From: Mobula hypostoma
Taxonomy: Eukaryota
Direction: 5' to 3'
Assembly: GCF_963921235.1 (NCBI RefSeq)
Contig: NC_086097.1
Location: forward strand, 43,898,001-43,962,000
DNA: 64,000 nt
The notes beneath the pieces are model-generated. The model searched no databases. It saw nothing but the letters and a program-made list of their open reading frames with translations, and was not told the DNA's origin. Numbering within the stretch: the stretch's first letter is position 1; each line of letters opens with the position of its first letter. Both the position numbers and the translations under genes were made by a program. Positions 11,361-24,529 of the stretch are shown here, in pieces.

Positions 11361-12200
11361 TCAGAACTCGATAGGTTCAGTAGGCACATTTAATATCAGA
11401 AATGTATACAATATACACCCTGAAGTTCTTTTTCTTCGCAAACATAGATGAAAACAGAGGAGTGCCCCAAAGAATGAATGACAGTTAAATGTTAGAACCC
11501 CAAAGCCTCCCCCAGCTCCCCCTCCCATGTACCAGCAGCAAAGCAATGATCCCCCCCCACCGCCAGCAGAAAAGCATCAGCACCCTCCACCAAGCACTCA
11601 AGTGTGCAGCAAAGCATCAATAAACACACTGCCTTGCAGTACTCCAAAGACTACTCGTTCACCCGTTAATTTGACTTACCACAGGCTCTCTCTCTCTCTC
11701 CCTAATAAGGGAAAAAGAAGTGATCCCGTTTCACAGGGAGAGGGGAAACATAACAAAGAACTCACTGATTTATGATGTTAAAAGTCTATTGTGTCATTTT
11801 TTCAGAGCCCTGCACCCAGAGAATTGGCCCCAGACAGGCTCAGGTCTCTGGGCACACAGCCAGCAGCTAACCCGCTGCTCCTGATGTTCTGTGTTCTTCT
11901 ACGACGCCTCAGTCAGGGGCACTGGCTTTCAATTAACCCATCTCCATAGCTACGAAAATCCAGCACCCTGAAGGCACGCTAGTCTTCTAGGCCACGGCCT
12001 TGACATATCAAAAAGCGACCAGTCGTGAGGCCCTGAGAGGGGGTACCATTCCTGCAAAGAACTGAAGTCAGAGTGTAACTCCAGGTCAGGGTCTTCAAAT
12101 GAACCTAGAAAAGGGGAAAAAAAAAAGATATCAAAGATAGAGCTGTTTCCAAAGGTGCAAGCAAAGGAGTTGCTGCTTAGCGCCATCTTAACTTTGCTTT
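11361..12200 (-). mobile_element. Non-autonomous, non-coding retroelement, probably Rex1-related (bipartite)
   Basis: The 5' end has the AAGATGGCG motif (plus strand cgccatctt, 12181-12189). The 3' part is shared with 4150-4485 and loosely with 8230-8420 and 25540-25990. No meaningful ORF. Confidence 0.55.
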
Positions 12201-12219
12201 GCCCTTAGGAGTACTGTAC

Positions 12220-13205
12220 GCAATGCTCCTAAACAAATGGTCAACATGGCTTTCATCCAGATGACGTCAGCTGGACAGATAAACAACAAATGTACTGCAG
12301 TTCCATTGGTTCCTGATGTTGCATAGGATAGATCTGGCCATTTTGCTGTGGAATACAGCTGAACTCTACTGTGCCACCTGTCCCTTGTAGAAATGTTTGA
12401 CCTTCAAACTGTCCAAAGTAGTGCTCTGCATGGAACGTCTTTTAGGCCATGCAGAAAAAGGAGATCATAAATACTGTCAGTGTTTCCTAACCAGATGGTC
12501 GAAGTTATCTGTACGATTCTCTCGTCGTTAGAACTTTCAAACAAGTACCAAGACTTTGCTTGGACTAATGAGAAGAGCCCTTGCTGACAGATCTTTCACA
12601 TTCTGTAGGAGTTTCAGTGCTCTCACACACTGTTTTCAAGGTGGCTGCAGGGAGGATAAGGTTGTCATCCATTTAACTTCTGGAATCTGTATTTCCTAAA
12701 AATGTCTGGAAAGGGATTCAGTGGTCTTCATTGAGTTTAATCCTGAATAGCTGTGGTAATTAGGATCTTATGCTCTGTGAACTGTCAGAACTTACAGAGC
12801 ACAGATACTGAGTCAAACACCAACTGTTGCGGGAGAAAGTATCATTGTGTTGAAAGATGCTCTCTGGTCCGTTGAAAAAATTGTGATCTTGCAGAGCAAG
12901 GATTACTTCTGTGACTGAATGCTGTGAATTGCTGAACTTCATGCTACAGGGCTCAGTGTTGAGGGATGCACTGTAGGTTGGTCTAGATCTTGCAAAGTCT
13001 CAATTGAGAGAGGCCACAGTTGAAGACCACTCTCTGGCTGCACATTAAACTCTACAACCCATGTTTGAAAAAACCGTGAGGACTGTCTACTCAAGGAATG
13101 TTTGCAAAGGAAAATTGATGTCATACCAATGTAATGTAAATTGTTTACATGAATGTTTATTATACATTTTCAAATGTTATGAAAATAATATTTTTCAAAT
13201 AAAAA
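12220..13205 (+). mobile_element. Degenerate Tx1/L1-clade LINE, 3' part of ORF2
   Basis: Broken frames read LSSLELSNKYQDFAW, RRALADRSF, LKDALWSV, TECCE and VLRDAL. AATAAA lies near 13198. Confidence 0.75.
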
Positions 13206-13609
13206 CTTCTGGGTTAATAATAAGAATACACCTTAAAAGCAATGACATGTGTATCCTCCACAAGTCATGATGTTTCAGAGCATGAAGGATCTGAACTGCA
13301 GCATGGCAGCTTTGAATATCCACTTCCCAGCCAGATTCCTTGAGCATACAATGACAACGTGCTTGCATGTATTGGCTGCCTACTCTTCAAAATGTAGGCA
13401 GGGAAACAAGGCAATACATGTCCACTAATGCACCAAGATTGTGGGTCTTTCCCAAATACAACCTGTTCCTTAAAATGAGATGAATGTTTATTACACATCT
13501 CCTCATCTTGTGCAATTTGAAAATTTCTTTGTTTTATCTAAAGTTTTCAAATGAAACTGGAGATTTAAGCTAGAGATTGAAATTTAGTACATCTCCAATA
13601 GATATGACA

Positions 13610-14000
13610 TTTGGAATTTAGTAGAACAAGAGATAATCTTATTGAAGTTAAGATCCTAAGAAGAGATGACAGGGTAGATGGTGGGATGTTTCCACTCGTG
13701 GGAGAGTCATGGACAAATGGACAGTTGCAAAATAAAGGGACGGTCGTTTTAAACTGAGGTGTGCAGAAAATTCTTCTTGCAGAAGATAGTGAGTCTTTGG
13801 AATTTTTTAAATTTGTAAGTCTGTGGAGGCAAGGTCACTGCAGTTTAAGAAAGAGGGAGATAACTTTTTGAAAGATTAGGAACTGAGAGTGATGTCAAAA
13901 TTAGGACAGAAGAGACTTGGAGTCATTGAACAAATATCATATTCAGGGGCAAGGCAAGCTTGAAGGGCCAGATGGCCCACTCCTACATCAACCTTCTTGT
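13610..14000 (+). mobile_element. Degenerate CR1 3' fragment
   Basis: FKTEVCRKFFLQKIVSLWNF-like sequence and CR1 3' UTR. Confidence 0.7.
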
Positions 14001-14290
14001 AACAGCATGAGCAAACATTTGTGACTGGTATCATCCACATTTGTATGTTTTATTAATTAATTGGAACAATAAAGTTTTGTTTTTATTAAGGTTTTAAATT
14101 TGTAATGGAGCATGCTAATAGTGCACTCAACTTTTTACTTCTTTACAATTATGGCAAGAATATTTCCAAAACTGTCAAATTCTGGGATGCTAATAAAGAA
14201 CAGTACTGCCAGACTTTAGAAACCTCAGTGCTCTAACAAGCCATCAATGTCTTTAACTCGTCTCTTTCTTATCAATTCCTGTAGACTCAA

Positions 14291-15803
14291 GAATAGAATA
14301 CAGCACAGTACAAGCCCTTCAGTCCACAATGTCCTGCCGACACTTTAACCTACAACATCAATCTAACCCTTCTCTTCCACATAGAGCTCCATTTTTTGAT
14401 TCAAGAGACTATTAAATGTTCCTAATGTTCCTAATGTACCTGCCTCTATCATCACCCTTAAAAGCTCATTCTGTGCATCTACCACTCTCTAGGGAAAAAA
14501 AAACTCTGAAATTTCCCCTATACTTCCTTCACAAAATCTTAAAGTTATGCTCCCTTCTATTTATAGTATTTATTTAGAGATGAAGTGTGGAATAGACCCT
14601 TCGTGTCCTTTGAGTTGTGCTGCCAGCAACTCCCAATTTAAGCCCAGCCTAATCATATGACAATTTACAATGACCAATTAACCTACTAACCAGTACATCT
14701 TTAGACCCTGGAGGAAACCCACACACTCCATGGGAGGGACTTACCTACTTCTTACAGAGGACCGTGGGATTGAACTCCACATTCCAACGCCCTGATCTGT
14801 AATAGTGTTGCACCAACTGCTACACTAGCGTGGCATCCATTTAGCTTCCATGATCCATTTCTGCCCTGGGAAAAGGTCTCCGCCTGTTGACTTGATCTAT
14901 GACTCTGAGCATCTTGTACACCTTTATCAAGACACCTCTCATCCTCCTTCACTCCAAAGAGAAAAGCTCTAGCTTGTTCAACCCAACCTCATAAGACATG
15001 CTCTCTAATCCTAATAAATCTCCTTTGCATGCACTCTAAAGCCTTCTTATCCTTACTTTAATGAAGCGATTTGAATTGAACATAATACTTCAAGTGTCTC
15101 TAACCAGAGTTGTTGTTGTTTTTTTTAAAAAGAGCTGCAACATTACTTCATAGCTCCTGAACTAATGAAGGCCAACTCCCCTGACTAATGAAGGCCAACA
15201 TTATATGCCTTCTTAATCACCCTATCAACTTATGTTGCAGTTTTGAGGGATCTATGGACATGAAATCCAAGATCTCTTTGTTTGTTTGTCCACACCATTA
15301 AGAATCCTACTATTAACCCTGTATCCTGTCTTCAAATTAGACCTTTCAAAGTGAATCACTTTGCACTTTTCTAGGTTGAACTCCATCTGCCATTTCTCAT
15401 CCCAGATGTGCATCCTATTAATGTCCTGTTATAAGTTATCACAACTTACTACATTTTCCACATCACCACCTAGCTTTGTATCATCCACTTTCACATTCTA
15501 GTCACATATAGAAATCGTAAAGAGCAGGGCTCCCAGAACAGATCCCTGCAGAATGCCAACCTATTTCCTCAAAGATTTCCAACAGATTTGTCAGGCAAGA
15601 TTTCCCCTGAAGGAAACCACGTTGACTTTGGCCTATTTTATCATATGCTTTCAAACACCCTGAAACCTCATCCTTAACAAGGGATTTCAACATCTTCCCA
15701 ATCACTGATATTAGATTAACTAGTCTATAATTTACTTTTTTCTGCCTTCCTCCTTTGTTAAAGAATGGAGTGACATTTGCAATTTTCCAGTCCTCTGGAA
15801 CCA
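14291..15803 (-). mobile_element. CR1 fragments (RT to 3' end) interrupted by a SINE
   Basis: ORF 15502-15804 reads VPEDWKIANVTPFF..GKSCLTNL. The 3' end is near 14291. Confidence 0.85.
14564..14838 (-). mobile_element. tRNA-derived V-SINE (HE1-like) with a CR1-type tail
   Basis: tRNA-like head, a gtgggtttcctcc core, and attta on both sides (14559-14563 and 14839-14843). Confidence 0.75.
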
Positions 15804-15814
15804 ATTTATAATCT

Positions 15815-16125
15815 GGTAATGCTTGAAGAGACTTGGAACGTCACCAAAGACACCTGCAAATTTCTACAGATGTACCGTGGAGAACGTTCTAACTGGCTGC
15901 ATCACCATCTGCTATGGGGGTGGGGGGGGGGTAAGTCACTGCAGAGTATTGGCAAAAGCTGCAAGTTGCAAACTCAGCCACCTCAATCTTGGGCATTAGC
16001 CTCCTCAGCATCCAGGACACCTTGAAAAGTTTGATGCCTCAGAAAGGTGGTGTCCATCATTAAGGACCCACATCACCCAGGACATGCCCTCTTTTCATTG
16101 CTACCATCAGGGAGGAGGTACAGAA
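15815..16125 (+). mobile_element. Rex1 3' fragment
   Basis: NFYRCTVENVLTGCIT, IIKDPHHPGH and LPSGRRY. Confidence 0.8.
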
Positions 16126-17457
16126 CTAAATTTTGAATGTGATATTTTGTGAGAATAGATACATCTAATTCAGCAAAGATAGGAAAAATGGAGGACTGAA
16201 TTTTGGTGCTTAGTAGGATGCAAGTCATAGAATTTTGGATGAGATGTTTTTACAGTCTGTATGCAGTGTAGGTTGGCCAGGAAGTACTTAAATAATTGAA
16301 ATAAAAAATATTGGAATAAGACCTTTTGCAACCAGGACAGAATTAGGTAGGGTAGGATATTACATGTTTTTGATGAGACTAGAAGACTTATTCCGCTCCA
16401 AGTAGAATGTTTAAGTTGTAATCTGTCAAATTCAAAGAAGGCAACAGGATCATTAGCAAAAGTTAAATACTTGAATATATTGAATAAAGATTGGCAATAT
16501 TCTTAGAGGACCTGAGGAATGGGGCATAGACGAAAAAGAAAAGTAGGCATTGAAGATGCACCAGCAATGATCAGATAGGCAGGTTGAATTGAATTCCTCT
16601 GAGCTAGGTGGCAGAGGAAAGGCATTTGAGGACGTTGGAGTGGTTAACTGTCTCAAAGTTACCAGAGGTTGAGGAACCTGAAGACGACCATGAAGGAAAC
16701 CATGTATTTCTAGTGCAAAGTCGTCTCAGACCATTGAAATATGACAAAGTTGATTTCATTGGCAAGTGTAGCTTCTATGACGGTTGGTGTTTCTATGTAC
16801 AGATGATTGTCTGATACAGGAAAAGGAAATGCTGATTCTAATCAGGAAGCCAGCCAGTGTTTGTATGCTCCACGTTGGTGGTTTTTCATTTAGATCATAG
16901 AGGTGAAATATCAGCTCTGCTGCCACCAAATAAGCATCTCCAGCTTTTTCTGCTTTTATTCAGATTTCCAGTATCTGCAGTATTTTGCTTTTGGATGATT
17001 TGTCTGAGATCCCATGATATTCCCCGGAAAAGATCTGTTGGCAATGGAAGTTAAAACTTACACTTGGGAGATGCAATCTGGCTGTTAGATTTGGACTGCA
17101 ACTAAATGTTAAATAAATAGCAGATGGAAACATTGAGGACAATGTTCTCTGATAGTACACTAGAGACACTGGTGTAGACGGAGATGGGAGAAGGCTTTAA
17201 AAGCTCCCATTTCAGCTTCAGAGGCTATGACAATAGGTTTCCAGTGTGTGCATCTTCCAAGAATTTGTTGTTCAGCAGAAATCTGGAAATGCAGTTGCTC
17301 TCCATGCCAAAAGCATTTTCTGCTCTAACAAGCTGAAGACTTGCCTGCCGCCCAACAACCAATCCAGCGATGCACTTGCACATCAGCCAGTCAACACTGA
17401 ATACTGCAATCCGCAGTCAGGCCTTTCCTTGCCCTTCAATGGAAAGACGCTCAACAA

Positions 17458-18721
17458 TAAAAGCTTTTCTAGATATGTAAAAAGGAAAAGACTGGTAAAG
17501 ACAAATGTAGGTCCCCTGCAGACAGAAACAGGTGAATTGATTATGGGGAGCAAGGACATGGCAGACCAATTGAATAATTACTTTGGTTCTGTCTTCACTA
17601 AGGAGGACATAAATAATCTTCCAGAAATAGTAAGGGACAGAGGGTCCAGTGAGATGGAGGAACTGAGCGAAATACATGTTAGTAGGGAAGTGGTGTTAGG
17701 TAAATTGAAGGGATTGAAGGCAGATAAATCCCCAGGGCCAGATGGTCTGCATCCTAGAGTGCTTAAGGAAGTAGCCCAAGAAATAGTGGATGCATTAGTG
17801 ATAATTTTTCAAAACTCGTTAGATTCTGGGCTAGTTCCTGAGGATTGGAGGGTGGCTAATGTAACCCCACTTTTTAAAAAAGGAGGGAGAGAGAAACCGG
17901 GGAATTATAGACCGGTTAGCCTAACGTCGGTGGTGGGGAAACTGCTGGAGTCAGTTATCAAGGATGTGATAACAGCACATTTGGAAAGCGGTGAAATGAT
18001 CGGACAAAGTCAGCATGGATTTGTGAAAGGAAAATCATGTCTGACGAATCTCATAGAATTTTTTGAGGATGTAACTAGTAGAGTGGATAGGGGAGAACCA
18101 GTGGATGTGGTATATTTGGATTTTCAAAAGGCTTTTGACAAGGTCCCACATAGGAGATTAGTGTGCAAACTTAAAGCACACGGTATTGGGGGTAAGGTAT
18201 TGGTGTGGGTGGAGAATTGGTTAGCAGACAGGAAGCAAAGAGTGGGAATAAACGGGACCTTTTCAGAATGGCAGGCAGTGACTAGTGGGGTACCGCAAGG
18301 CTCAGTGCTGGGACCCCAGTTGTTTACAATATATATTAATGACTTGGATGAGGGAATTAAATGCAGCATCTCCAAGTTTGCGGATGACATGAAGCTGGGT
18401 GGCAGTGTTAGCAGTGAGGAGGATGCTAAGAGGATGCAGGGTGACTTGGATAGGTTGGGTGAGTGGGCAAATTCATGGCAGATGCAATTTAATGTGGATA
18501 AATGTGAAGTTATCCACTTTGGTGGCAAAAATAGGAAAACAGATTATTATCTGAATGGTGGCCGATTAGGAAAAGGGGAGGTGCAACGAGATCTGGGTGT
18601 CATTATACACCAGTCATTGAAAGTGGGCATGCAGGTACAGCAGGCGGTGAAAAAGGCGAATGGTATGCTGGCATTTATAGCGAGAGGATTCGAGTACAGG
18701 AGCAGGGAGGTACTACTGCAG
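17458..18721 (+). mobile_element. Young CR1 internal fragment (RT domain), lacking both ends
   Basis: Uninterrupted RT frame (NYRPVSLTS, YLDFQKAFD, GVPQGSVLGP, KFADD). Nearly identical to about 44268-45530. Confidence 0.95.
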
Positions 18722-18759
18722 CCAACAAATGTTCCTGGTATGATAACCCTTTCATTCTA

Positions 18760-19080
18760 TCAACAAATTTGCGGATGACACCAAGTGGACAGTGATGAAG
18801 GCAATCTCAGCTTGCAAAGTGATCTGAACCAGCTGAGAGCACATGCTGAAAAATGGCAGATGGAATTTAATGCAGAAAGTATTGCACTTTGGGAGGACAA
18901 ACCAGGGTAAATTTTACACAATGAATGGTATGGCACTGAGGTGTGCTGAACAGAGGGATCTGGGAATACAGATCTATAATTCCTTGAAAGTGGCATCACA
19001 GGTAGATAGGGTCATAAAGAGATCTTTTGGCACATTAGCCTCCATAAATCAGGGCACTGAGTACAGGAGTTGGGATGTAT
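18760..19080 (+). mobile_element. Older CR1 fragment
   Basis: KFADDTK, KWQMEFNA and QRDLGIQ. Confidence 0.75.
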
Positions 19081-20075
19081 TCAATAAACTGCAGCTTGAT
19101 GTAGGTATTGCTGTAAGTGCTACTACTCAGTCTAAGCTGAAGGCACAGCTTGGATCTGATTACAGATTTGATTTTAATTTTCATTCATACCTCAAATATT
19201 CAATGAGATATCTGGAATTTCATGTTTTTAAAAAGCATTTAACAAGTTCAAAACTCATAAGATGAATAAGCACTAGTTTTATAAAAATGCAAATTAAAAG
19301 GGGACAGATGGGTATATTATATGACACCAATTTGTTCACATGCTTTGATTTTTTTTTGTTCTTGGGTCTCCCAGTTGACTGCAAGCTCCCCACGAATCTT
19401 TGTCATTTTCTGAAATGCCTCATTGATAATCCTGTTATGTACTTCAGTGATGCCTTAAATGTTTACTTGGTGAAACAACTCTTTCGTAACACTTCAATTC
19501 CCAGAACAAAATAGCATGTTGCGTCACTGAAGATCACATTTTCTGCCTCAGTGAGTACTGTATTTTAATTCTAAATTTAAAAATAATTGTTCTGCCTTTG
19601 CTGCTTCCTGAAGTTTAGTCATTTGTGCTCAAGTACCAATTTAGGTTTGACTTAAATTTTCGACCTTGGAGTCATCACTTTATTTTTATTTGATTGCATT
19701 CTTTAAGTTCCCTTTGGATAGATTACACAATATCATTCCCATCAGATGTCAGAAATCTAAAATATTTCCTTATTGTGCTTATTAGCTACAAGCCGAGTTT
19801 ACATTTTGATCTTAAAGGATGGAACGGAGGGAAAATCATGCAGTGATAATATGGTTAGTTTGAACTCATTTGGTTCACACTTCTACACCAGGGGTGGTAA
19901 ACCCTGCAATAATTATAGATGATTACAAAGCATGAACTGTTGTGTCTGAAGAGGAGATATTTGGAAATGATGGTTGACCAAATGTTGACTTTTGTGGAGG
20001 AGGAAGGGTTATCAAACAAGCTAGATTCCTTTATCAAATTCCTTGAGTACATTTTTTAAAATTTCCTTTTAAGAA

Positions 20076-20180
20076 CAGGAGTTCCCAACCTGGGGTTTAC
20101 AGAACCCTCCCGTTAATGGGAGGAGTCCATGGTTTATGGACACCCCAGTTAACAGTAGGGGTCCATGGCATTAAAAAGGT
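20076..20180 (+). mobile_element. Truncated hAT-type MITE
   Basis: Starts caggagttcccaacct, a hAT-like terminal repeat, and ends aaaaaggt where the reverse repeat is cut by a SINE. Confidence 0.5.
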
Positions 20181-20415
20181 CGGGATACAGCTCAATAACA
20201 AGCCCTTCTGGCCCCACGTGCCCATGCTGCCCATTGGACCAATTAATCTACTAACCCAGACGTCTTTGGAACGTGGGAAGAAACCAGAACGCCTGGAAGA
20301 AATCCATGAGATCACGAGGAGACTGTACAAACCCGTTACAGATAGTGGCGGTATTGAACGTGGGTTACTTCCACTGTAATAGCATCACACTAATTGCTGT
20401 GCTACCGTGCTGCCC
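20181..20415 (-). mobile_element. V-SINE with a CR1-type tail
   Basis: Head gggcagcacggtagcacagc and core ttcttcccacgttccaaagacgt. Confidence 0.75.
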
Positions 20416-20542
20416 TGAGAAAAGGACAAACTCATACAAATGGTATAAATCGCAAATGCTTAAGTCAAAGATAGAGAGATTGTTGTAAAAGGTACTCCCA
20501 ATTGATAACTCTACTAGTTTTTGTCAATCAATATCATAAATT

Positions 20543-20747
20543 TGCCAGCCGGTGGCATAGTGGCATCTGCACTGGACTTCGAGGCGAGTGATCCCGGGTT
20601 TGAATCCAGCCCTCCTTGCACGCTTTCCATCTGTGCTGGGTTGAGCGTTGAGGTAGCAACTCAACCTTGTAGAAAATAACAAAGGCTAAAGAAAGGGCAG
20701 AGTTGCCGTCCATTGCACCACAAGGGGTTGGAAGGGAACAACAACAA
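20543..20747 (+). mobile_element. tRNA(Arg)-derived SINE with a (CAA)n tail
   Basis: A-box tggcatagtgg, B-box ggtttgaatcc and anticodon-like TCG. TSD cataaatt at 20535-20542 and 20748-20755. Confidence 0.85.
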
Positions 20748-20932
20748 CATAAATTATTGAAATAGTTCAAAGAAAGATAACCACACCCTAGTCAAATTTA
20801 TTGTCAGGTGCACAAGTTCATGTATGCACAGGTGCAATAAAAACCTACATAGTGTCTGATACACAACTTTCAGAAGGAAAAACATAAATTAAATGTAAAT
20901 TACACCCATATTTCTTTTGTTTTTAAAACAAT

Positions 20933-21338
20933 TGTAACCCTCAGGTTTGGCCAGCTGTGTTAATCTAGGGGGAGACTATAGGGTTAGTAAAGAAAACAAA
21001 AAGGGTCCATTTTAATGAAAGAGTCTAATGCGCATGTTGGACCTCACTGTTTTCCTGTCTCCGTTGATTTTCCCCGGGTGTCATCGACTCCCAACCCCAT
21101 TCCAAGTCCGCTCAGTCCTGCAGTCTACGACTTCCCTGTTCTGGCATCTTCTCTCTCCATCTTCTCCCGAACCAAAAGCCCGTGAAATCCCTTCGCTCGG
21201 GCACATAAGAAAGAAAAACACCTCCCCTCATTGGCCAGCGCACATTCCAAAACCCACATTATCTCTAGTCATAACCCAAACACTGCTGCTACAGAGAAAC
21301 CATTACATTAGCAGTGAACCCCTTCCCAGGGTGTAAGA
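20933..21338. mobile_element. Probable solo LTR
   Basis: Starts TGTAACCC and ends gggtgtaaga (degenerate inverted terminus). Flanks are caat and ctat. Confidence 0.5.
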
Positions 21339-21899
21339 CTATGAACTGTAAAGAGTGGCTTCAATGGAATAAGCCATTGTCAGATGAAAATAAGGCTATG
21401 TAGTTCAAATATTTAAAATATGAATGGACAAAAGCTTTGAATATACTAACCTTTCTCCCTAATGCATGGATAACTAATCGGATCTGTGGCGAAGTTTGAT
21501 AAAATGCAGTGAGAGTGGGATTCATGTAGGGTCAGTGTAAGTGGATAGTTAATCACTTGTGCAGTCTTGGTGGGCTGAAGGACTTGCTTCCCCGTTCTAT
21601 CTCACTATGACTGGTATTCTCAGAAAGGTTTAGACTACTGAGTTGGGGACCAATATGTAAATGGAGAATGCTTTTCCAAAAGCTGCACCGTACAGACCAT
21701 GTGCCAGATCTCTCTCACACATTCCCTGAGTAGATTGTTTGTCAAGAGAGCAGACCCATATGAATTGGAAATACAAATGGTTATGCAGTAATCCCAGGAA
21801 TTATCATGTAATAGATAGAACTAAGTAATCCCACAATTTGTGATTCAGATCAAAGCTCAGAAGTCCTGCCATATCAGAAACTGATAAATTTGTTGGCTA

Positions 21900-22309
21900 C
21901 AACATGGGTCCAAGCCTCCATATTATCCAAGACATCTTCAAGGAGCGGTGTCTTACCTTGCAGATTGGATCATTAAGGACCCCTACCACCCAGGACTTGC
22001 CTTCGTCTCATTGTTACCATCGGGAAGGAGGTACAGAAGCCTGAAGGCACACACTCAGCAATTCAGGAACAGCTTCCTTGCCTCTGCCATACAATTTCTA
22101 AACGGACATTGAACCCATGAACACTACCTCACTACTTTATTTCTATTGATTTGGCACTGCTTATTTTAATTTAACTATTTAATAGACATAGATATACTCA
22201 ATTTTTTTCTCTGTATTTATTTATCATGTGTTCCATTGTACTGCTGCTGTAAAGTTAACAAATTTCACGACATATGCCAGTGATATTAAACCCAATTCTG
22301 ACTCCAATT
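21900..22309 (+). mobile_element. Rex1 3' fragment
   Basis: IIKDPYHPG, LPSGRRYRSLKAHTQQFRNSF and a Rex1-type 3' UTR. Confidence 0.85.
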
Positions 22310-22384
22310 GTATACGCTAGTGGATAGTTAAATTACTAACAGGGCAAGGAGCCTTAATAAAAAACATTCTCATTTGCACTATAG

Positions 22385-23830
22385 CAGGGGTTCAGCATCT
22401 GAGCATTAAACACAAGACTAAAGCATTCACAAGTATGAACAGCCAACTGGATGATCCACCTTGGCTTCCACCCGAAACTCCATTGTCACAAAAGCCAATC
22501 TTTAGCCAATTTGATTAACTCCACATGATTTAAGAGCTTTGGATAAGAACAAAAGGAACAGGAACTGGAATAAAGCATTGGCCATTGGACTCCACCATTC
22601 AATAAGATCATGACTAATCCAATCTTGGCCTCAACACCACCTTTCTTTGATCGCCATACAGCAAGAAAGTCTGAAAAAAAATCCAAATGTTTGTACTCCA
22701 AATCTTACTAGATCACCAGCCAAACTGTTGCAGTACAGCTACAAACTTGACATCTACCCAACAATGTGGGATATTGCCCGATATTTCCTGCTTACAAAAG
22801 CCAAAATAAACCAATCTAGTTCGTTACATCCAATTAGCATTTTCCCAAGTGTCAGCAAAGTGCCGAAAGGTATGATTGACACTAGTACCAAGCAGCACCT
22901 ACTCCCAAACCACAGAATACTGCTCAATTTGAATTCATCAGAACCTCATGACTCCAGTCCCCATCACAGCTTTGGTCCAAACATAGACCAAAGGGCTGAA
23001 TTCTACATGAAAGGTGGGAATAAATGCCTTTGATTTAATGAACATTTGATCACTTTGAATGGCGTCTAGGCACCCTGAGAGAAGTGACGCCAATGGACGT
23101 CAATGAAAAATTACTCTACTGGCTGTAATCATACCTTATGCCAAGCAAGGGAATTATGGTTGGAGGTCATTCATCGTAACCCTATGGACATTACTTCAGG
23201 AATGTCTCAAGGAGTGTGGTAAGCCCAGTTATCCTCAAATGGTTCATCAAGACTTCTGTTTTATTGAAAGATCAGAAAAGGGAATGTTTGTTGATGATTA
23301 CCTAATGTTAATTTCCATTTGCAACTCCTCAGCAAATGAAGCAATTATGCCTGCGTGAATTAAAATTACATTCAGGATAGTGTCTTTAAAAAAAATCAGT
23401 CAACTAGATTCCTTCTAGTACTTACCCTTGATACTCAGTGGCTTTACCCTCATTGAGACACTCAATCACCAACATTTTGGGAGTCACCATTACCCAAAAA
23501 CTCAAATGAACCAGCTACATAAATACTGCAAGAGCAAGTCAGAAGCTGAGTAGGTGATTCAATTCTTAACACCTCAACACCTTTCCAAAATACACATGGC
23601 ACAAGACAGTGTGATGGAATACTGCTGGCTTGGCTAGATGAATGCAGCTCCAGCAACAGTCAAGAGGTTTGACACTATACAGGGCAAGTGGACAGGTAGC
23701 CCCTAAATTGACCTCTACCACTATCATGCAATGATTTATCCATCTGCCAAAGGTATTGCAGTTACTTATCCAGGTTTTCCAACAGCACCTCCCAAACTCT
23801 CATCCTCTGCCAAGAATGACAAGGATTGCA
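22385..23830 (+). mobile_element. Old degenerate CR1/L2-group LINE (RT region), with a small inverted CR1 3' piece at about 22545-22645
   Basis: ORF 22647-23033 reads KLLQYSYKLDIYPTMWDIA..LHPISIF; a tttgttgatgat (FADD-like) motif follows. Confidence 0.65.
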
Positions 23831-23934
23831 GGCTCAAGGGAACAACAGCACCCAGATAGAGTCACACAGCACATAAACAGGCCCTTCAGCCCATCATGTC
23901 TAAGCTGATCATCAAGTACCCATCTACGCTAATA

Positions 23935-24463
23935 CAAGAGATCTTGCAGATGCTGGAAATCCGGAGCAACACACACCCAAATACTGGAGGAACTCAGCAG
24001 GTCAGGAAGCATCTATGGCAATGAATTAAACAATCCATTTTCCCAGCTGAGACGTTTCATCAAGACTGGAAAGGAAGGGGTAAGACGCAAGAAAAAGAAG
24101 ATGGGGTGAGGGGAAGGAGGATCAACTACAAGGTGATAGTGAAGTCGGGTGGGTGGAGGAGAGAGGATGAAGCAAGAAGCTGGGAGATGATAAGTGGAAT
24201 AGGCAAAGGACTGGAGAAGAAGGAATCTGATAGGAGAGGAAAGTGAATCATGGGAGAAAGGGAAGGAGGAGGGGCACCAGGGGGAGGTGAAGAGAAGAGG
24301 CAAGAGGCCATAATAGGGAAATGAAGAGAAGGGAAGGAGGAGGGGAAAATACCAGAAGCTGGAGAAATTGATGTTTATGCCATCAGATTGGAGGCTACCT
24401 AGACGGAATATAAGATGCCACTCCCCCAACCTGAGAGTGGCCTCATCCTGATAGAAGGGGAGG
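23935..24463 (-). mobile_element. PLE 3' fragment (GIY-YIG C-terminus and pseudo-LTR, decayed hammerhead)
   Basis: ORF 24013-24486 reads DEATLRLGEWHLIFRLGSLQSDGININFS. Confidence 0.9.
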
Positions 24464-24529
24464 CAATTGATCCCATTTACCAACACCTAGTCTGTAGCCT
24501 TTTACGCCTTGACGATTCACATGTGTATC

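Noticed and set aside
17246..18778. 510-aa ORF as a novel domesticated RT gene
   Set aside because: It starts at GTG, the N-terminal 70 aa are unrecognisable, and the RT part is near-identical to a young CR1. Read-through by chance is the simpler explanation.
19448..19550. Exon-like segment (ttcag / gtgagt)
   Set aside because: Stops occur in all three frames and nothing else supports it; a non-coding exon cannot be excluded.
20543..20615. tRNA-Arg genes here and near 31790-31864 and 35870-35945
   Set aside because: Cloverleaf stems are broken, and each head runs into a SINE body with tail and TSD.
24040..24070. Additional active hammerheads (also about 30835-30870, 31049-31084, 34285-34315, 49735-49765)
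   Set aside because: Core CUGANGA, GAAA or the NUH site is mutated, so they are treated as decayed copies.
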